A stretch of DNA of 64,000 bases from an uncultured Acidobacteriota bacterium (GCA_963804995.1 CAWDSK010000009.1:160001-224000); one strand, 5' to 3'. Numbered from the stretch's first letter, positions 44,764 to 55,740 are shown. Notes: a model not told the origin generated them from the sequence alone. Numbers and translations: made by a program.

Positions 44764-46962
44764 TCACGGTCGAATCTGGATGGCGGCGGCGTGATCCGCG
44801 GCCAGTGTCAAGGTGAACTGGACGTGATTCTCCTTGTGCTGGATCTCAACCTTGTGGCCCGACACGAAATCCTTCCCGCGCAGTACCACCTCTCCCGGCC
44901 AGGGAACTTCCGCCGTCACCTGCGTCGCGCGATGCCCCCAATTCAGCAGGTAGATCAGCCGCTCATCCGCACGGCCTCGCGAATGCACTACGCCTTCGAC
45001 CGGTCCGGCAACGGGCGCCGTCGTCACCCGAATCGCCGGCTCGACCCCGGCAGACTTCACAATCGCCCGCAATAAGCTGGTGGTGCCGGGATCATTGGAT
45101 TCGAGCAACGGGATGCCCAGCGAGGATCCCAAGAGAATGGTTTGCCCTTTACCGGTTTGCCGAACGATCACCGCAGGCGTGCCAGTGCTTTCGAAGACGC
45201 CCACGACTTTCCCCTCGCTGCCTTTCTCAAGCTGCAACTCTTCGCGAAAGACGCCGCCCATCATGTGGCCCGGCAGTGTGACGCCCTTCAGCAAACCGGT
45301 CGCCTCCGTAATTCGAATCGGGGATGGAATATGGCTGGCTACGAGGTCATGCCGGCGCGCTCCGAACAGCTTCGCCATGCCGAGGCCAGGATTCACGGGG
45401 TAACCTCGGTCACGTTCGTCGATGATACCGAAGCGCGCGTCAGCAAGCGCCGTACCGCCGCTCGCCACGTAGTCCGTGATTGCCTCGGCCACATTGCTGC
45501 GCATGCAGAGGTAGAAGGGAAAGATCACCAGCTTGTAAGACTTGAGGCTCGCAGCCGTCACCTGCCGCGCGTCGAGCACGTTGATGCGCACCTGGTCTTT
45601 CCACAAGGCGCGATAGATTCCGATCAGATTTCTGGCCGTGAATGAGCCCCAATCGCCCCCGTGCACTTTGGCCTTCAGGTCGCCCATCACATCGTAGACC
45701 ACGGCAACCTGCGCCGGCACCGGCTTACTGTCCAGAAAAAGGTCGGGGTCAGAATTCAGAATCCGCGAGGCGTCCCCTGCAGCCACGGCGCGGCTGGTGA
45801 CGCTGCCGTCAGAGGCGGCCAGTCCGCGGCCGAACGCCTGCCAGTCACCCAGGTGCGGGAGCCATTGCCAGAAATAAATCGCCTTGGAATCATGCGCGAG
45901 GGATTGCCACGTCAAGAGATGAATCTTGTCGTAATTGAAAATCGTCCCCGGCTCGTATCCGTATCGCGTGAATCCCGACCGGGGGCCCGTCTGCACTTCC
46001 ATCAGCACGAAAGGCTTGCCCCCGGTGGCATCGTGGGCGGCGGTCAGCTCCAGACTGGTGGTCCACGGCGTATCCCAGAGAGCTTTCTCTTTCTCCATTA
46101 TCTGCGGTTGATCTTCCGATTCGCGCGCGGGTATATCGGGATAGTAGGAGAGCCCGTATTCATCGACGGCTTTCGCCGTGGTCCAATCATCATTCGCGCT
46201 CACATCCGGCTTAACCACGGTGCTGCCCACGCTGTGAGTGCCGGTGGGGTGCAGGGGATCGATTGACTTCACCAGCTCCGCGAGGTGCTGCACGAGGCGG
46301 GCGGTCGAATCCCACTCGAACTGGATGCGGTCCATCTTGTGGTACTCGTAATTGAAATGCACATCGTTCCATTGCGCGTACCAGGCGTCAGCGCTTCCAT
46401 ACTTCTTCATCCCCCATTCCTCAAACCACTTGTCCGTGTGGGGATCATGCAGGGAGGATTCGAAGCTCGCTTCAACCCAAACATTCCACGCAACCAGAGA
46501 GGGATCGTCCCTAAGGTGCCGGGCGGTCGAGGCCACGTAAGAGTCGACCAGCCCCAGGACTTCCGGGTCGGCGAGCGAAAGCCTGGCCTCCCGCGCCAGG
46601 TTGTCGATAATCGGCGAGGGCGCGCGTTCCGGCCACTTCGCCGCCGCCATGTCCGGAAGCATCGCGGTTCGGAACGGCGTGGGCATCACGCGCAAACCCA
46701 GGCGTTGCGCGGTCTTCTGCACCAGATCAGACTTGGAGAAATCCGGCTCCGCGTGCCCGGGGGTCAGGAGAAAGGGGGGATACGGATTGATGGCCTTGAT
46801 GCCGGTCGCGGCGATGGTTTCCAAATCGCGGACGATCTGTGCATCGCTCGTCCAAGCGTAGTAAACATAAACGGTCCCGACCTCGTACACCCGTTGGCCA
46901 GCCCACGCGCCCACCGTCGAGAGCATCAGTACGATCAGCATGCCTGCCAGAGATCGTCTCAT
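44764..46962 (-). CDS. Secreted GH42-like beta-galactosidase-family glycoside hydrolase
   Basis: Signal peptide, 'AWNVWVE', 'PFVLMEVQTG' and a trimerisation-like domain 'YKLVIFP...YVASGG'. Confidence 0.75.
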   Translation of the reverse strand: MRRSLAGMLIVLMLSTVGAWAGQRVYEVGTVYVYYAWTSDAQIVRDLETIAATGIKAINPYPPFLLTPGHAEPDFSKSDLVQKTAQRLGLRVMPTPFRTAMLPDMAAAKWPERAPSPIIDNLAREARLSLADPEVLGLVDSYVASTARHLRDDPSLVAWNVWVEASFESSLHDPHTDKWFEEWGMKKYGSADAWYAQWNDVHFNYEYHKMDRIQFEWDSTARLVQHLAELVKSIDPLHPTGTHSVGSTVVKPDVSANDDWTTAKAVDEYGLSYYPDIPARESEDQPQIMEKEKALWDTPWTTSLELTAAHDATGGKPFVLMEVQTGPRSGFTRYGYEPGTIFNYDKIHLLTWQSLAHDSKAIYFWQWLPHLGDWQAFGRGLAASDGSVTSRAVAAGDASRILNSDPDLFLDSKPVPAQVAVVYDVMGDLKAKVHGGDWGSFTARNLIGIYRALWKDQVRINVLDARQVTAASLKSYKLVIFPFYLCMRSNVAEAITDYVASGGTALADARFGIIDERDRGYPVNPGLGMAKLFGARRHDLVASHIPSPIRITEATGLLKGVTLPGHMMGGVFREELQLEKGSEGKVVGVFESTGTPAVIVRQTGKGQTILLGSSLGIPLLESNDPGTTSLLRAIVKSAGVEPAIRVTTAPVAGPVEGVVHSRGRADERLIYLLNWGHRATQVTAEVPWPGEVVLRGKDFVSGHKVEIQHKENHVQFTLTLAADHAAAIQIRP

Positions 46963-47065
46963 GGGGTTTCCTCTCAAGAACTGCCTCCTGGGGATTTAGG
47001 CGCCTTCGGCCCGCGAATCTCGATTGGCTTGGTCAGCAAACCTATGGCCCAGGACAGCACTGGCG

Positions 47066-48349
47066 TTACCACTTCGAGGAGATCCCCGGAACGAGAATGT
47101 CAGACAGCGCATATCCACTAAGACTGGTTACTGCGTCCCAAGCCTCGCATCCCGGGATGGGAGGAGCGCCCACGTTCAGCAGTCCAAACGCCTTGGCCTC
47201 TTCCCGATTCAGAAGGAACCGGTCAAATTTGCGCACGGCGCTCGCGATGCGCGGGTCCTTATCAACCTGCTCGTAGTACCAAATCAAAAAGTTCGCGATC
47301 CCCGGGCTTCGGGTCGGGTCAAAAACGGCATCGCACTTCGATTTGGTGCGGGGGTTCCGGATGCCCCAGCTCCCGTTGGCGCTTTGGGTTCGCAGCAGCC
47401 ATTCGATGTGGGGTCTGATTTCCCTGCGGAGGTCTGCTTTCCACTCCGCCTGGTCGCAATGCAAATCGAAGGAGAGAAGACCTTCGCCGAGATAGGCGGA
47501 GTTTAAGAAAGGCAGCCGGTCCCACAGGTTAAAGTCATTCACGGGGTCGCCTTGCTTCTCCCAGAAAATACCCTCGGCCCCCGCCACGTACGGGATGACC
47601 CCGTCCTTCCGCATGGTAGTTAAGACCCAGCGCAGCGCGTTGTACGCCACCTGGCGATATTTGTCTTCGTGGGTTACGTAATACATCCACGTAAAGCCCT
47701 CTCCGCCCGTCAAGCATGCGGCCGTGGTGTAGGCATCGGGTCGCAGGACGGTCATTGCCTCGGGATCCGGACCGCCTGAAGGTGCGCAGTGAGCATCGCC
47801 CGGAGTGGTGCAGTTGGTTGCCCACCCATAGCCCAGAGCGCCGGAGGAAAGGATCAGCTTATCCTTCTCGATCGCCTGGAAGTAGCGATGTACAGCGGAA
47901 ACGTATTTTTCCTGGCGGTCTTTGTCCACATGCTTGTAGAGCACGCTCAACAACCCCAGGGCGCTGCCCGTGTCGGCAAGCTCAATGCCGCCGTAACCGG
48001 TCAGCCAGTAACCCTGGGGATTTTGTTCCTTCAACCAGGCGTCCGCCCACGCGACGGCCGCGTCAAGATAGCGCCTCTCGCCGAGAATTTCGTAACCGGC
48101 AACCAGCGTGCGCATGTAGTATCCCGTGATAAAGATGGCGGTCGTGGTCTTGCCATTTTCGACCATGGCAGGTCCCGACCGCTTGTTCGTAACGATGTAA
48201 TCGCAGAGCTGCTTAAAGAACTCCCGGGTCTGTGTACATTCGGAATCGGCGCAGAAAGGAGTGCCCATCGAGGCAGGCGCCGCCGACAAGAGTACGGGGA
48301 ACAGCAGCAACATGCAGAAACTACCCGAAAAACGACGGAAGAATCGCAT
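47066..48349 (-). CDS. Secreted (alpha/alpha)-barrel protein, possibly glycan-active
   Basis: Signal peptide; repeated helical motifs 'RYLDAAVAWADAWL..QNPQG.W' and 'WLLRTQSANGSW'. Confidence 0.6.
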   Translation of the reverse strand: MRFFRRFSGSFCMLLLFPVLLSAAPASMGTPFCADSECTQTREFFKQLCDYIVTNKRSGPAMVENGKTTTAIFITGYYMRTLVAGYEILGERRYLDAAVAWADAWLKEQNPQGYWLTGYGGIELADTGSALGLLSVLYKHVDKDRQEKYVSAVHRYFQAIEKDKLILSSGALGYGWATNCTTPGDAHCAPSGGPDPEAMTVLRPDAYTTAACLTGGEGFTWMYYVTHEDKYRQVAYNALRWVLTTMRKDGVIPYVAGAEGIFWEKQGDPVNDFNLWDRLPFLNSAYLGEGLLSFDLHCDQAEWKADLRREIRPHIEWLLRTQSANGSWGIRNPRTKSKCDAVFDPTRSPGIANFLIWYYEQVDKDPRIASAVRKFDRFLLNREEAKAFGLLNVGAPPIPGCEAWDAVTSLSGYALSDILVPGISSKW

Positions 48350-48618
48350 GACCAGTTTCATTTCTCACCTCGGATTGAAGAGATACTTCAGTGGTGATGA
48401 ATTGCGGTTGGCCCGGGCTGAAAGTGCGCTTGTAGAACACCATGCTGCGGAGAGTATACGCGCGACATTGCCTCGCTGGAAGAGTGTACCTTCGGGACAC
48501 CTGGCGAGCAGTTTGTTTCGGGGGCAGGGCCGACGTTTGCGTCAATGCTGGCCGGGGCAGGCCCCGGCCCTACAAAACCGCGGAATATCCACCTTGCCCG
48601 TTGCCTGGTCCCCAAAAC

Positions 48619-49101
48619 TCAGGCGGCGAGCGGTGAGTCCGTGGAGCTAGCGGCTGTGGTCGCATTCACACGAATCACTCCCGATTGATCGGTAAAGTAA
48701 TAATTGGTCCCGTTGGAACTGCTGGCCGGACTGGCGTTAAAGGAATAGCTGTTAATCCGGCCGGACGTATCGGGGGCCGCGGTCGAGTAAACAAAACTGT
48801 AGCCGCTCTTCGCGCCCTGATCCAGAACGCTGTCGATCAGGCCCGCCGCGGTGGACGATGCTGCGGCCCCGGCAGCGGGCGGACCCAGCAAGACAAGACT
48901 TGTACTGTACCCCGTAGCATAGGTGACCGAATAGGTCACCTCAGCCGTGTTCAGGGTGCGTAAGGATTCCACGGCTGACGCCTGGTTTGCCGCTATACGT
49001 GAACGCATAAAGTTGGGAATTGCTATAGCAGCAATAACCAGGATAATCGCCACCACAATCAAGAGCTCGATCAGTGAAAACCCTTTGGCACACTTGCTCA
49101 T
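48619..49101 (-). CDS. Type IV pilin-like protein, copy 2
   Basis: G-FSLIELLIVVAIILVIAAIAIP; colinear 160-aa paralog of 43843-44325. Confidence 0.92.
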   Translation of the reverse strand: MSKCAKGFSLIELLIVVAIILVIAAIAIPNFMRSRIAANQASAVESLRTLNTAEVTYSVTYATGYSTSLVLLGPPAAGAAASSTAAGLIDSVLDQGAKSGYSFVYSTAAPDTSGRINSYSFNASPASSSNGTNYYFTDQSGVIRVNATTAASSTDSPLAA

Positions 49102-49252
49102 TCCATCCTCCTCGGCTATTTGGGGCTCCACCGATAGCCTGAAATGGTCACCTCTACGCTGTTAGCCACACACGATGGTGCTCTTCGTAAACCAGCTATC
49201 TCTAAATGTGCCTGTGCGATTTTTACTATTGTGGCAATTAATGGAGGGTACG

Positions 49253-50401
49253 TCAATATTTAATCGAGTGCCGCCTCAGGATCGGGGGCCGCGTTTTTGG
49301 GCCGGCTGGCGCAGGGCGAGCGCAGCCCTGCGATTCTAGTGCGGGCTGATGACGTGAATCGCCCCGACTGGTCGGGGCGCCAACCTGCGGGCTGTCGGCA
49401 TTTCTGAGAGTTAGGTTAACGCCTATGCCCACGAGAGGTGCCCCTACGAGACACGTTGCTTGCGGCTCTGCCACGCGCTTTGCCTTAATCAGAGCCTCGA
49501 GATTCTGCACGGCTTCGGCTTCCGATTTGGCTTTGAGCGCGCGCTCGATCGCCTCGACCGTCGGCTTAAGCTCCCTACCCTCTGCCACGTAGAGGTCATA
49601 CATGAGCGGATAATACTTCGTATAGGTCTCATCAAAGGCGAGCCCGGCGTTGTTGTTGGCCGACAGGCACGCGTTGAAGGACGTGGGAGCGGGCCCGATG
49701 GCCTTGCATGCCTGCTGAATCTCCTCAAAACTTTGGCGCTTTTGGAGGAGCGCGTCCTGCTCAGAAATCCGGCTGGCGCGCGCGGCAGCATACAACTGGC
49801 TTAATTGGGCATGATAGCGATTTACGATTTCCGCCTTGCGCGCGAAGAGTTCCGGTTCGCGCTGCAGGTTCTGATAGACCTGGGAATTCTCCCCAAATTT
49901 CTGTTGCGCGACCTCCCGGGCGGTGAGAAAACCGATCAAAGTCGACGCCGCCTCGCTCAAACTGGCGGGCAGCTTGCCGAACTCCATACTGGCGTGGAAA
50001 TCCTCGTGCGGCACCACCACCAGGAAGCGCTCTGTGGATTCCTTTGCCAGCGAGGTGGAGACCGGCGTCTTGCCGCTGCCGCTCGCTTCCAAGGGATAAA
50101 AGAAGACATCATACTTTTCGGCATCCAGCGGACAGCCCGACTTCGTTCCCTCGCGCAGTTGCAGCTTCTCGTAAGAGTCCGGCAGTTCGAGCTTGCCGGT
50201 GAAGTAGCAGCGATAAGCGACCGCCAATTCATTTGAATTCTTGTGGAAGTTCTTCGTCCGGCGGAAGCCCAGCTTCTTTTCCAAACTCTTGACGGCGCTG
50301 ACCAGGTCTTGGCGGTCGGCGGTAGTGGGATTTTGCGGCGTTTCGGTGGCAGCCGCACGACTTGCGAGCAACGCAACGAGGACGAGGGTAAATGCTGGCA
50401 T
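49253..50401 (-). CDS. Secreted putative zinc aminopeptidase
   Basis: Signal-like N-terminus, HEDFH followed by 'LSEAAST', and 'NNA'. Start uncertain; the 3' end runs into repeats. Confidence 0.65.
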   Translation of the reverse strand: MPAFTLVLVALLASRAAATETPQNPTTADRQDLVSAVKSLEKKLGFRRTKNFHKNSNELAVAYRCYFTGKLELPDSYEKLQLREGTKSGCPLDAEKYDVFFYPLEASGSGKTPVSTSLAKESTERFLVVVPHEDFHASMEFGKLPASLSEAASTLIGFLTAREVAQQKFGENSQVYQNLQREPELFARKAEIVNRYHAQLSQLYAAARASRISEQDALLQKRQSFEEIQQACKAIGPAPTSFNACLSANNNAGLAFDETYTKYYPLMYDLYVAEGRELKPTVEAIERALKAKSEAEAVQNLEALIKAKRVAEPQATCLVGAPLVGIGVNLTLRNADSPQVGAPTSRGDSRHQPALESQGCARPAPAGPKTRPPILRRHSIKY

Positions 50402-50612
50402 GACGTCCCGCACGTGCCGCGCCCTTCCTGGTCCGCGGTAATAAATCCGGATCGATTTCACACCTTCATTGTAAACGCATTTTCCGCGGCGGGAGGTAGC
50501 ACCTGTAGCGCGGACCTCCTCTCTTTCACTATTATGTCGCACACCCCATGATTAGATTGAAGTGTACATACGATCCCGCTATAATATATATACAAAGGCT
50601 GAGGGCCTGCAT

Positions 50613-50801
50613 ATGGCGGTGACACTGACATCGATAAGACTGGATACCCATCTGGCGGACGAAGCCCGAAAAGTTCTCGGCGTGAAATCCCGTACGGAGG
50701 CGGTGCATGTAGCGCTCCGGGAGATTGTGGCGCGGAAGCGATTCCAGGCCTTGATGAGGAAGCACGCGGGAAAGCTCTCCTTCGCGGGCCACGGTGAGTA
50801 A
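50613..50801 (+). CDS. VapB-family antitoxin
   Basis: 'TSIRLD..LA.EA...LG.KSRTEAV..AL'; overlaps the PIN gene. Confidence 0.85.
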   Translation: MAVTLTSIRLDTHLADEARKVLGVKSRTEAVHVALREIVARKRFQALMRKHAGKLSFAGHGE

Positions 50802-51201
50802 CCTCGTCATCTTCGACACTTCGATCTTTATCGATCACCTGCGCACCGGACGTCATCAGCAGCGGATCGATTCTCTGACCGGTCTCATCCGAACTTCTTC
50901 CGTAGTTTTGGCGGAATTGTGGCGTGGCGCTACGGAACCGGCGGAGCGGGAGTTCCTGCGAGCCTTGGAGAAGAACCATCGCATCCTGACGCCCACGGAA
51001 AATAATTGGCTGGAGTCTGGCCGGCTGCTGGGGCAAATCTACGCCGCTAAAGGCTTCACGCCAGACAAGCTGCGCGATTTGCATTTCGATGTGCTCATCG
51101 CGCTGACCGCGCGGTCTCACGGCGCGCGCCTCGTCACCTCCGACCGCGCCGATTTTGAAATGATCAACGCCTACCGGAAATTTCAAATGGAAATATGGTA
51201 A
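50794..51201 (+). CDS. VapC PIN-domain toxin
   Basis: FDTSIFI, VVLAEL, DVLIA.TA and LVTSD..DF. Confidence 0.9.
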   Translation: MSNLVIFDTSIFIDHLRTGRHQQRIDSLTGLIRTSSVVLAELWRGATEPAEREFLRALEKNHRILTPTENNWLESGRLLGQIYAAKGFTPDKLRDLHFDVLIALTARSHGARLVTSDRADFEMINAYRKFQMEIW

Positions 51202-51316
51202 CCCCGGTATCCTTACCGTTGAGTACGACCGCGCGTTGGGGGCAGCCCTATGGAGGACATTGACCCGCGCTTTTTCCTCTTTCAATTTCTACTCTTTGCT
51301 TGCAGAATAGCACTTG

Positions 51317-51574
51317 ATGAGAGCACATGAGGAGTACAACTTTACGGTTCTCTACGAACCCGCCGAGGAAGGAGGCTACGTGGTGAAATGCCCCGCCCTT
51401 CCGGGTTTGGTAACGGAAGGGGACACGCTGGAACAAGCGCGAGCCATGGCCGAAGATGCCATCCGTGGTTACCTCGAAAGCCTCCGCAAGGATGGCCTCC
51501 CCGTTCCTGAGGATAAGAAATTGACCTTGCAACCCGTCAAGGAAGAGGTCAAGGTAGTCCTCGAAGTGGCATGA
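51317..51574 (+). CDS. HicB-family antitoxin
   Basis: 'EEGGYVVKCPALPGLVTEGDTLEQA...AEDAI'. Confidence 0.9.
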   Translation: MRAHEEYNFTVLYEPAEEGGYVVKCPALPGLVTEGDTLEQARAMAEDAIRGYLESLRKDGLPVPEDKKLTLQPVKEEVKVVLEVA

Positions 51575-51801
51575 GCCAACGCTTGCCTTCCCTTAAGCCT
51601 CGCGAGGTTCTTCACGCCCTAAAGAGAGCTGGATTCTTTGTTCACCACATCTCCGGGAGCCATTACATTCTGAAACATCCTGACCACCCTGCCCGCAGAG
51701 TTACTCTCCCCTTTCACAACAAAGATCTTAAACGCGGAACACTGCTGGCAATCATCGACGAGGCCGATCTAACTGCCGACGGGTTCATGAAATTCCTCTG
51801 A
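51571..51801 (+). CDS. HicA-family toxin
   Basis: 'L.RAGF.....GSH...H......VTLP.H..DL..GTL..I'. Confidence 0.9.
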   Translation: MSQRLPSLKPREVLHALKRAGFFVHHISGSHYILKHPDHPARRVTLPFHNKDLKRGTLLAIIDEADLTADGFMKFL

Positions 51802-51973
51802 GGGCGATGGTCGTCGATGGGCCGCCCCGATACATCGGGGCGCCACCCGCGATTTATGAGGATTAGAGTCAGACGGGCCGGTGCAATGATGAGAAAAGCC
51901 CACGGTCATTAGTGCATTGACCGTGGCTACCCCGCTCCGACACGCCAGCCGGGAAAACGGGACCTCGCTACGT

Positions 51974-52321
51974 TTACCGGTGCGCTTTGATCTCGTCGTA
52001 AACAATGATGGAAATCACGACGAGGACCCAGACGGGGAAGACTCCCATTCCCGGAATAGCTTCCACGATCAGCCCGGGCAGCAGGGCCCACCTGCGGCCC
52101 AGGATCAGGAACAGCAGGCCTGCCGTTCCCAGGTCAATCGCCCACTGAATCGGGGGGACGAACTCAGTCCACATGGATAAGAAATCCGAGATGGCAGCCA
52201 CGCCAAAAGCGATGGCAAATCTGGCGCGGGAGGGACGCTTGATTGGAACCAGCTCCTGCCCGGTGCTGACCACGACGGGCCGATTTTCGGTTTTCGTCAA
52301 TTTGGTGTCGGCTGCACTCAT
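51974..52321 (-). CDS. Small membrane protein
   Basis: Three to four hydrophobic segments, 'EAIPG...FP.W'. Confidence 0.65.
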   Translation of the reverse strand: MSAADTKLTKTENRPVVVSTGQELVPIKRPSRARFAIAFGVAAISDFLSMWTEFVPPIQWAIDLGTAGLLFLILGRRWALLPGLIVEAIPGMGVFPVWVLVVISIIVYDEIKAHR

Positions 52322-52412
52322 GGATTCTTCTCGAACCCCATCGTGCCACGATCGCGCCCCATCCGCAAGAGAAGCGGGGTTAGCGTTCGGGTGCGGCATC
52401 ATCTGGACCACT

Positions 52413-52563
52413 GTGCGCAGCACCTTGGACTGCGGCGGCTCAACGCCGCCTTGGAATCGAATGTCGCCCGAACACATCGGCAATCGTTCAAGCTGGGTGG
52501 AAGTATCGTATCAGATGGGGGGGGAAGGCGGCGTCGAGCCGCCGCAGTCCAAGGTGCTGCGCA
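52413..52563. repeat. REP-like inverted pair
   Basis: GTGCGCAGCACCTTGGACTGCGGCGGCTCAACGCCGCCTT ... AAGGCGGCGTCGAGCCGCCGCAGTCCAAGGTGCTGCGCAC. Confidence 0.8.
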
Positions 52564-52614
52564 CATATTGTCTGGCGATGGAATCGAAAATTATTCTGGC
52601 CGCTATGCGGTTTC

Positions 52615-52783
52615 AATCGCAAATCGGCAATTGAAAATCAAAATCGAAAGCTGTAATCCAAGATCCAAAATTGGAAATTTGAAACTTCAATCACAAGTCA
52701 CCAATCGCAAATCACCAATGAATCAGTGTCCCGCGCCGCCCGTAGGTTTGTAATCGAAAATCGCAAATCGTCAATCGAAAATT
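52615..52783. repeat. Heptamer-repeat array (AATCGNA)n
   Basis: Degenerate AAATCG/AATCAC 7-mers downstream of pntB. Confidence 0.65.
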
Positions 52784-52784
52784 C

Positions 52785-54177
52785 CTAGTGGCTGTGGCCG
52801 GTGAGTTCCCTCACGATGTCGCCCACAAAACCCTTGGCGTCGCCGAAGAGCATCAGGGTTTTATCGAGGTAGTAGAGCGGGTTATCGATTCCCGCGAAGC
52901 CGGGGTTCATGCTGCGCTTGATCACCATGACGGTGCGCGCCTTGTCCACATCGAGAATCGGCATGCCGTAGATGGGGCTGGAATGATCGGTGCGCGCCGC
53001 GGGATTGGTGACGTCGTTCGCGCCGATGATCAGCGCCACGTCGGTCTGCGGGAAATCCGGGTTGATGGAGTCCATATCGAGCAGGCGGTCGTAGGGGATA
53101 TCGGCTTCCGCCAGTAGTACGTTCATGTGGCCGGGCATGCGGCCTGCGACCGGGTGAATACCGAATTTAACATCGATACCCTTCTTCGTGAGCACATCAA
53201 AAAGCTCGCGCACCTTGTGTTGCGCCTGCGCCACCGCCATGCCGTAGCCGGGAACGATCACCACACTGTTGGCAGCGGCAAGAATGCCGGCGGCCTCCTC
53301 CGCCGTGGCGCTGTGCACCGGGCGCTCTTCTTTCGCTGCCGCCGCAGAAGTCTGCACCTGCCCGAAGGCTCCAAAGAGCACGTTCGAGAACGAGCGGTTC
53401 ATGGCCTTCGACATGATGACGGAAAGAATGAAGCCCGAAGAGCCATCGAGCGCCCCGGCGATGATCAGCAGCTTCGAAGTCGAGGACAAATCCCATGGCT
53501 GCGGCGGAGAGTCCAGCGTAGGAATTGAGCAGAGAAATCACCGTGGGCATGTCGGCGCCGCCGATGGGTACGATCATCATCACACCGAAAACCAGGGGGA
53601 TGAAGATAATCAGCGGAAACAGCGCCTTCTGCCCGGGGTGGAGCACCAGAACCACCGCCAACAGAATCGAAATGCCCAGAAGCGACAGGTTGACGAAGTT
53701 CTGACCGCGATAGGTAATGGGGCGCTGCGGCAGCACCTCCTGAAGTTTGCCGGTGGCCATCAGGCTTCCCGTGAAGGTTAGCGAGCCCAGAATGACTTCC
53801 AGGCAGAGCACCGACATGGTGAAGCGCGGGATGTACGGCGTGCCAAGATAAAACTCCGCTGTGCCGACCAGGGTCACGCAAAGGGCGCCACAGGCGTGGC
53901 TGAGCGCGGTCCGCTGCGGCACAGCGGTCATCTGCACCAGGCCGAGCGGGACGCCGATAATCGTGCCCAATACGAGCGCCAGCAGGATCCACTGGTACTG
54001 GACGATGCCGTGGTGGAACAGGGTTCCGCCAATGGCCAGCGCCATGCCCAGTTCTCCGGCCCACACGCCGCGCCGGGCCGAGGACGGAGAGCTGAGCCAT
54101 TTGAGCGCCAGGATGAAGAGCGCCGTGGCGACCAGATAGCAAACTTCAATGATGAGTTGAGTAGCTGATGGGCTCAT
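52785..54177 (-). CDS. pntB: NAD(P) transhydrogenase beta subunit, +1 frameshift near 53478
   Basis: IGGADMPTVISLLNSYAG, then in another frame AMNRS, PGYGMAVAQAQ, HPVAGRMPGHMNV and GANDVTNP. Confidence 0.93.
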
Positions 54178-54470
54178 GATTTTTTCGGTTTGGCGGTCTT
54201 GAACATCTTCAACATGCGGTCGGTGATTAAGAAGCCGCCCACGACGTTGCTCATCGCCGCGACAATGGCAATGGTTCCCAGCACCGTGGAGAACGTGGTC
54301 TTGGCTTCACCCGCGATGACAATGGCGCCCACTACCGCAATGGCGTCGAGAGCGTTGGTAAGCGACATCAGCGGCGTATGCAAGAGCGGTGAGACTCGCC
54401 GGATCACCTCGAATCCGATGAATCCTGCGAGCATGAAGACGTACAGGCTGTTGATGAGGTCGAACGTCAC
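54174..54470 (-). CDS. pntAB: NAD(P) transhydrogenase alpha subunit, membrane part
   Basis: LHTPLMSLTNA and NVVGGF.ITDRMLKMF. Confidence 0.93.
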   Translation of the reverse strand: MTFDLINSLYVFMLAGFIGFEVIRRVSPLLHTPLMSLTNALDAIAVVGAIVIAGEAKTTFSTVLGTIAIVAAMSNVVGGFLITDRMLKMFKTAKPKKS

Positions 54471-54489
54471 GGGAACCTCCCAAGGGGGA

Positions 54490-54557
54490 AAGGCTAAAGT
54501 GTAAAGGATAAAGGATGGGCAGGTATTTACCCTTTAACCTTCATCCTTTAACCTTTT
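54490..54557. repeat. Heptamer-repeat inverted array (AAAGGAT)n ... (ANCCTTT)n
   Basis: AAAGGCTAAAGTGTAAAGGATAAAGGAT and a complementary run in the pntAA-pntAB spacer. Confidence 0.72.
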
Positions 54558-54564
54558 CTGACAC

Positions 54565-55740
54565 CTAGCTTTTCCGCACTGCCGGCGCGGGCAGCGAGAA
54601 GAATTCCCGCACCCTTGCGTTTGCTACTTCCCCGCCTCGCGTCAGCAGGGTATCGCGCGTAATCTCGTCTTCCAGATTGATTTCGACCTGGCCGCCTTTT
54701 CCCAGGTGGAGCAGGAAGGCGGTGAGGTTGCGCGCATACATCATGCTGGCGTGGTAGGGGACCGTGCTCGCCAGGTTGATGTAACCGATGATGGTCACGC
54801 CGTGCTCAACGATGCGCTGCCCGGCCTTGGTCAATTCACAATTGCCGCCCCGCTCGGACGCGAGGTCAACGATAACCGAGCCGAGCGCCATGCGTTCCAC
54901 CATCTCTCGTGTGATCAGGATGGGCGGCTTCTTGCCCGGGACAACGGCGGCGGTAATGACCACGTCGCTCTCCGCCACCACGCGCCCCAGCAATTCGCGC
55001 TGCCGCAGGAAGAACGATTCATCCTGCTGCTTCGCGTATCCGCGCGCGTCTTCGGCGTCCTTGGCTTCGATGGGCAATTCGATAAAGCGCCCGCCGAGAC
55101 TCTGCACCTGTTCTTTGGCGGCGGGACGCAGATCGTAGGCGGAAGCGACAGCGCCCAGGCGTCGCGCCGCGGAGATGGCTTGCAGACCGGCCACGCCCGC
55201 ACCAATGATGAACACGCGCGCCGGCGTGATGGTGCCGGCTGCCGTAGTGAGCATGGGAAACATGCGCGGCAGCCGGTCTGCCGCAAGCAACACAGCTTTA
55301 TATCCGCAAATCGTGGCCATCGAGGAGAGGGCGTCCATGCTTTGCGCACGCGTGATGCGCGGCATCAACTCCACGGCGAAGGAATTAACCCCCGTCGCGG
55401 CAAGCTCCAGCGCGGATTCGGCCGAGCCGAAAGGACGAAGAAATCCAATGACGGTCTGGTCGCGGCGAAAAAGCGGGAGGTCGTCTTTGCCCGTGACGTC
55501 GTTCGACCCGTGGCTGAGCACCTGGACAATGACGTCGGCGGATTTGAAAACTTCAGCGCGCGTGGCAGCGAGCCTGGCGCCTTTTTCCTGATACTCGGTG
55601 TCAGGGTATCCGGCCCCGATCCCGGCTCCGGCTTCCACCAGAATCTGGAACCCGGCCTTGGTCAGGTTCGGAATCACTACGGGTACCAGCGCGACGCGGT
55701 GCTCGCCGGGAAAGGCTTCCTTGGGAACGCCGATGATCAT
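54565..55740 (-). CDS. pntAA: NAD(P) transhydrogenase alpha subunit, soluble part
   Basis: PRITRAQSMDALSS, GAGVAGLQA and VDLA...GGNCE. Confidence 0.95.
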   Translation of the reverse strand: MIIGVPKEAFPGEHRVALVPVVIPNLTKAGFQILVEAGAGIGAGYPDTEYQEKGARLAATRAEVFKSADVIVQVLSHGSNDVTGKDDLPLFRRDQTVIGFLRPFGSAESALELAATGVNSFAVELMPRITRAQSMDALSSMATICGYKAVLLAADRLPRMFPMLTTAAGTITPARVFIIGAGVAGLQAISAARRLGAVASAYDLRPAAKEQVQSLGGRFIELPIEAKDAEDARGYAKQQDESFFLRQRELLGRVVAESDVVITAAVVPGKKPPILITREMVERMALGSVIVDLASERGGNCELTKAGQRIVEHGVTIIGYINLASTVPYHASMMYARNLTAFLLHLGKGGQVEINLEDEITRDTLLTRGGEVANARVREFFSLPAPAVRKS

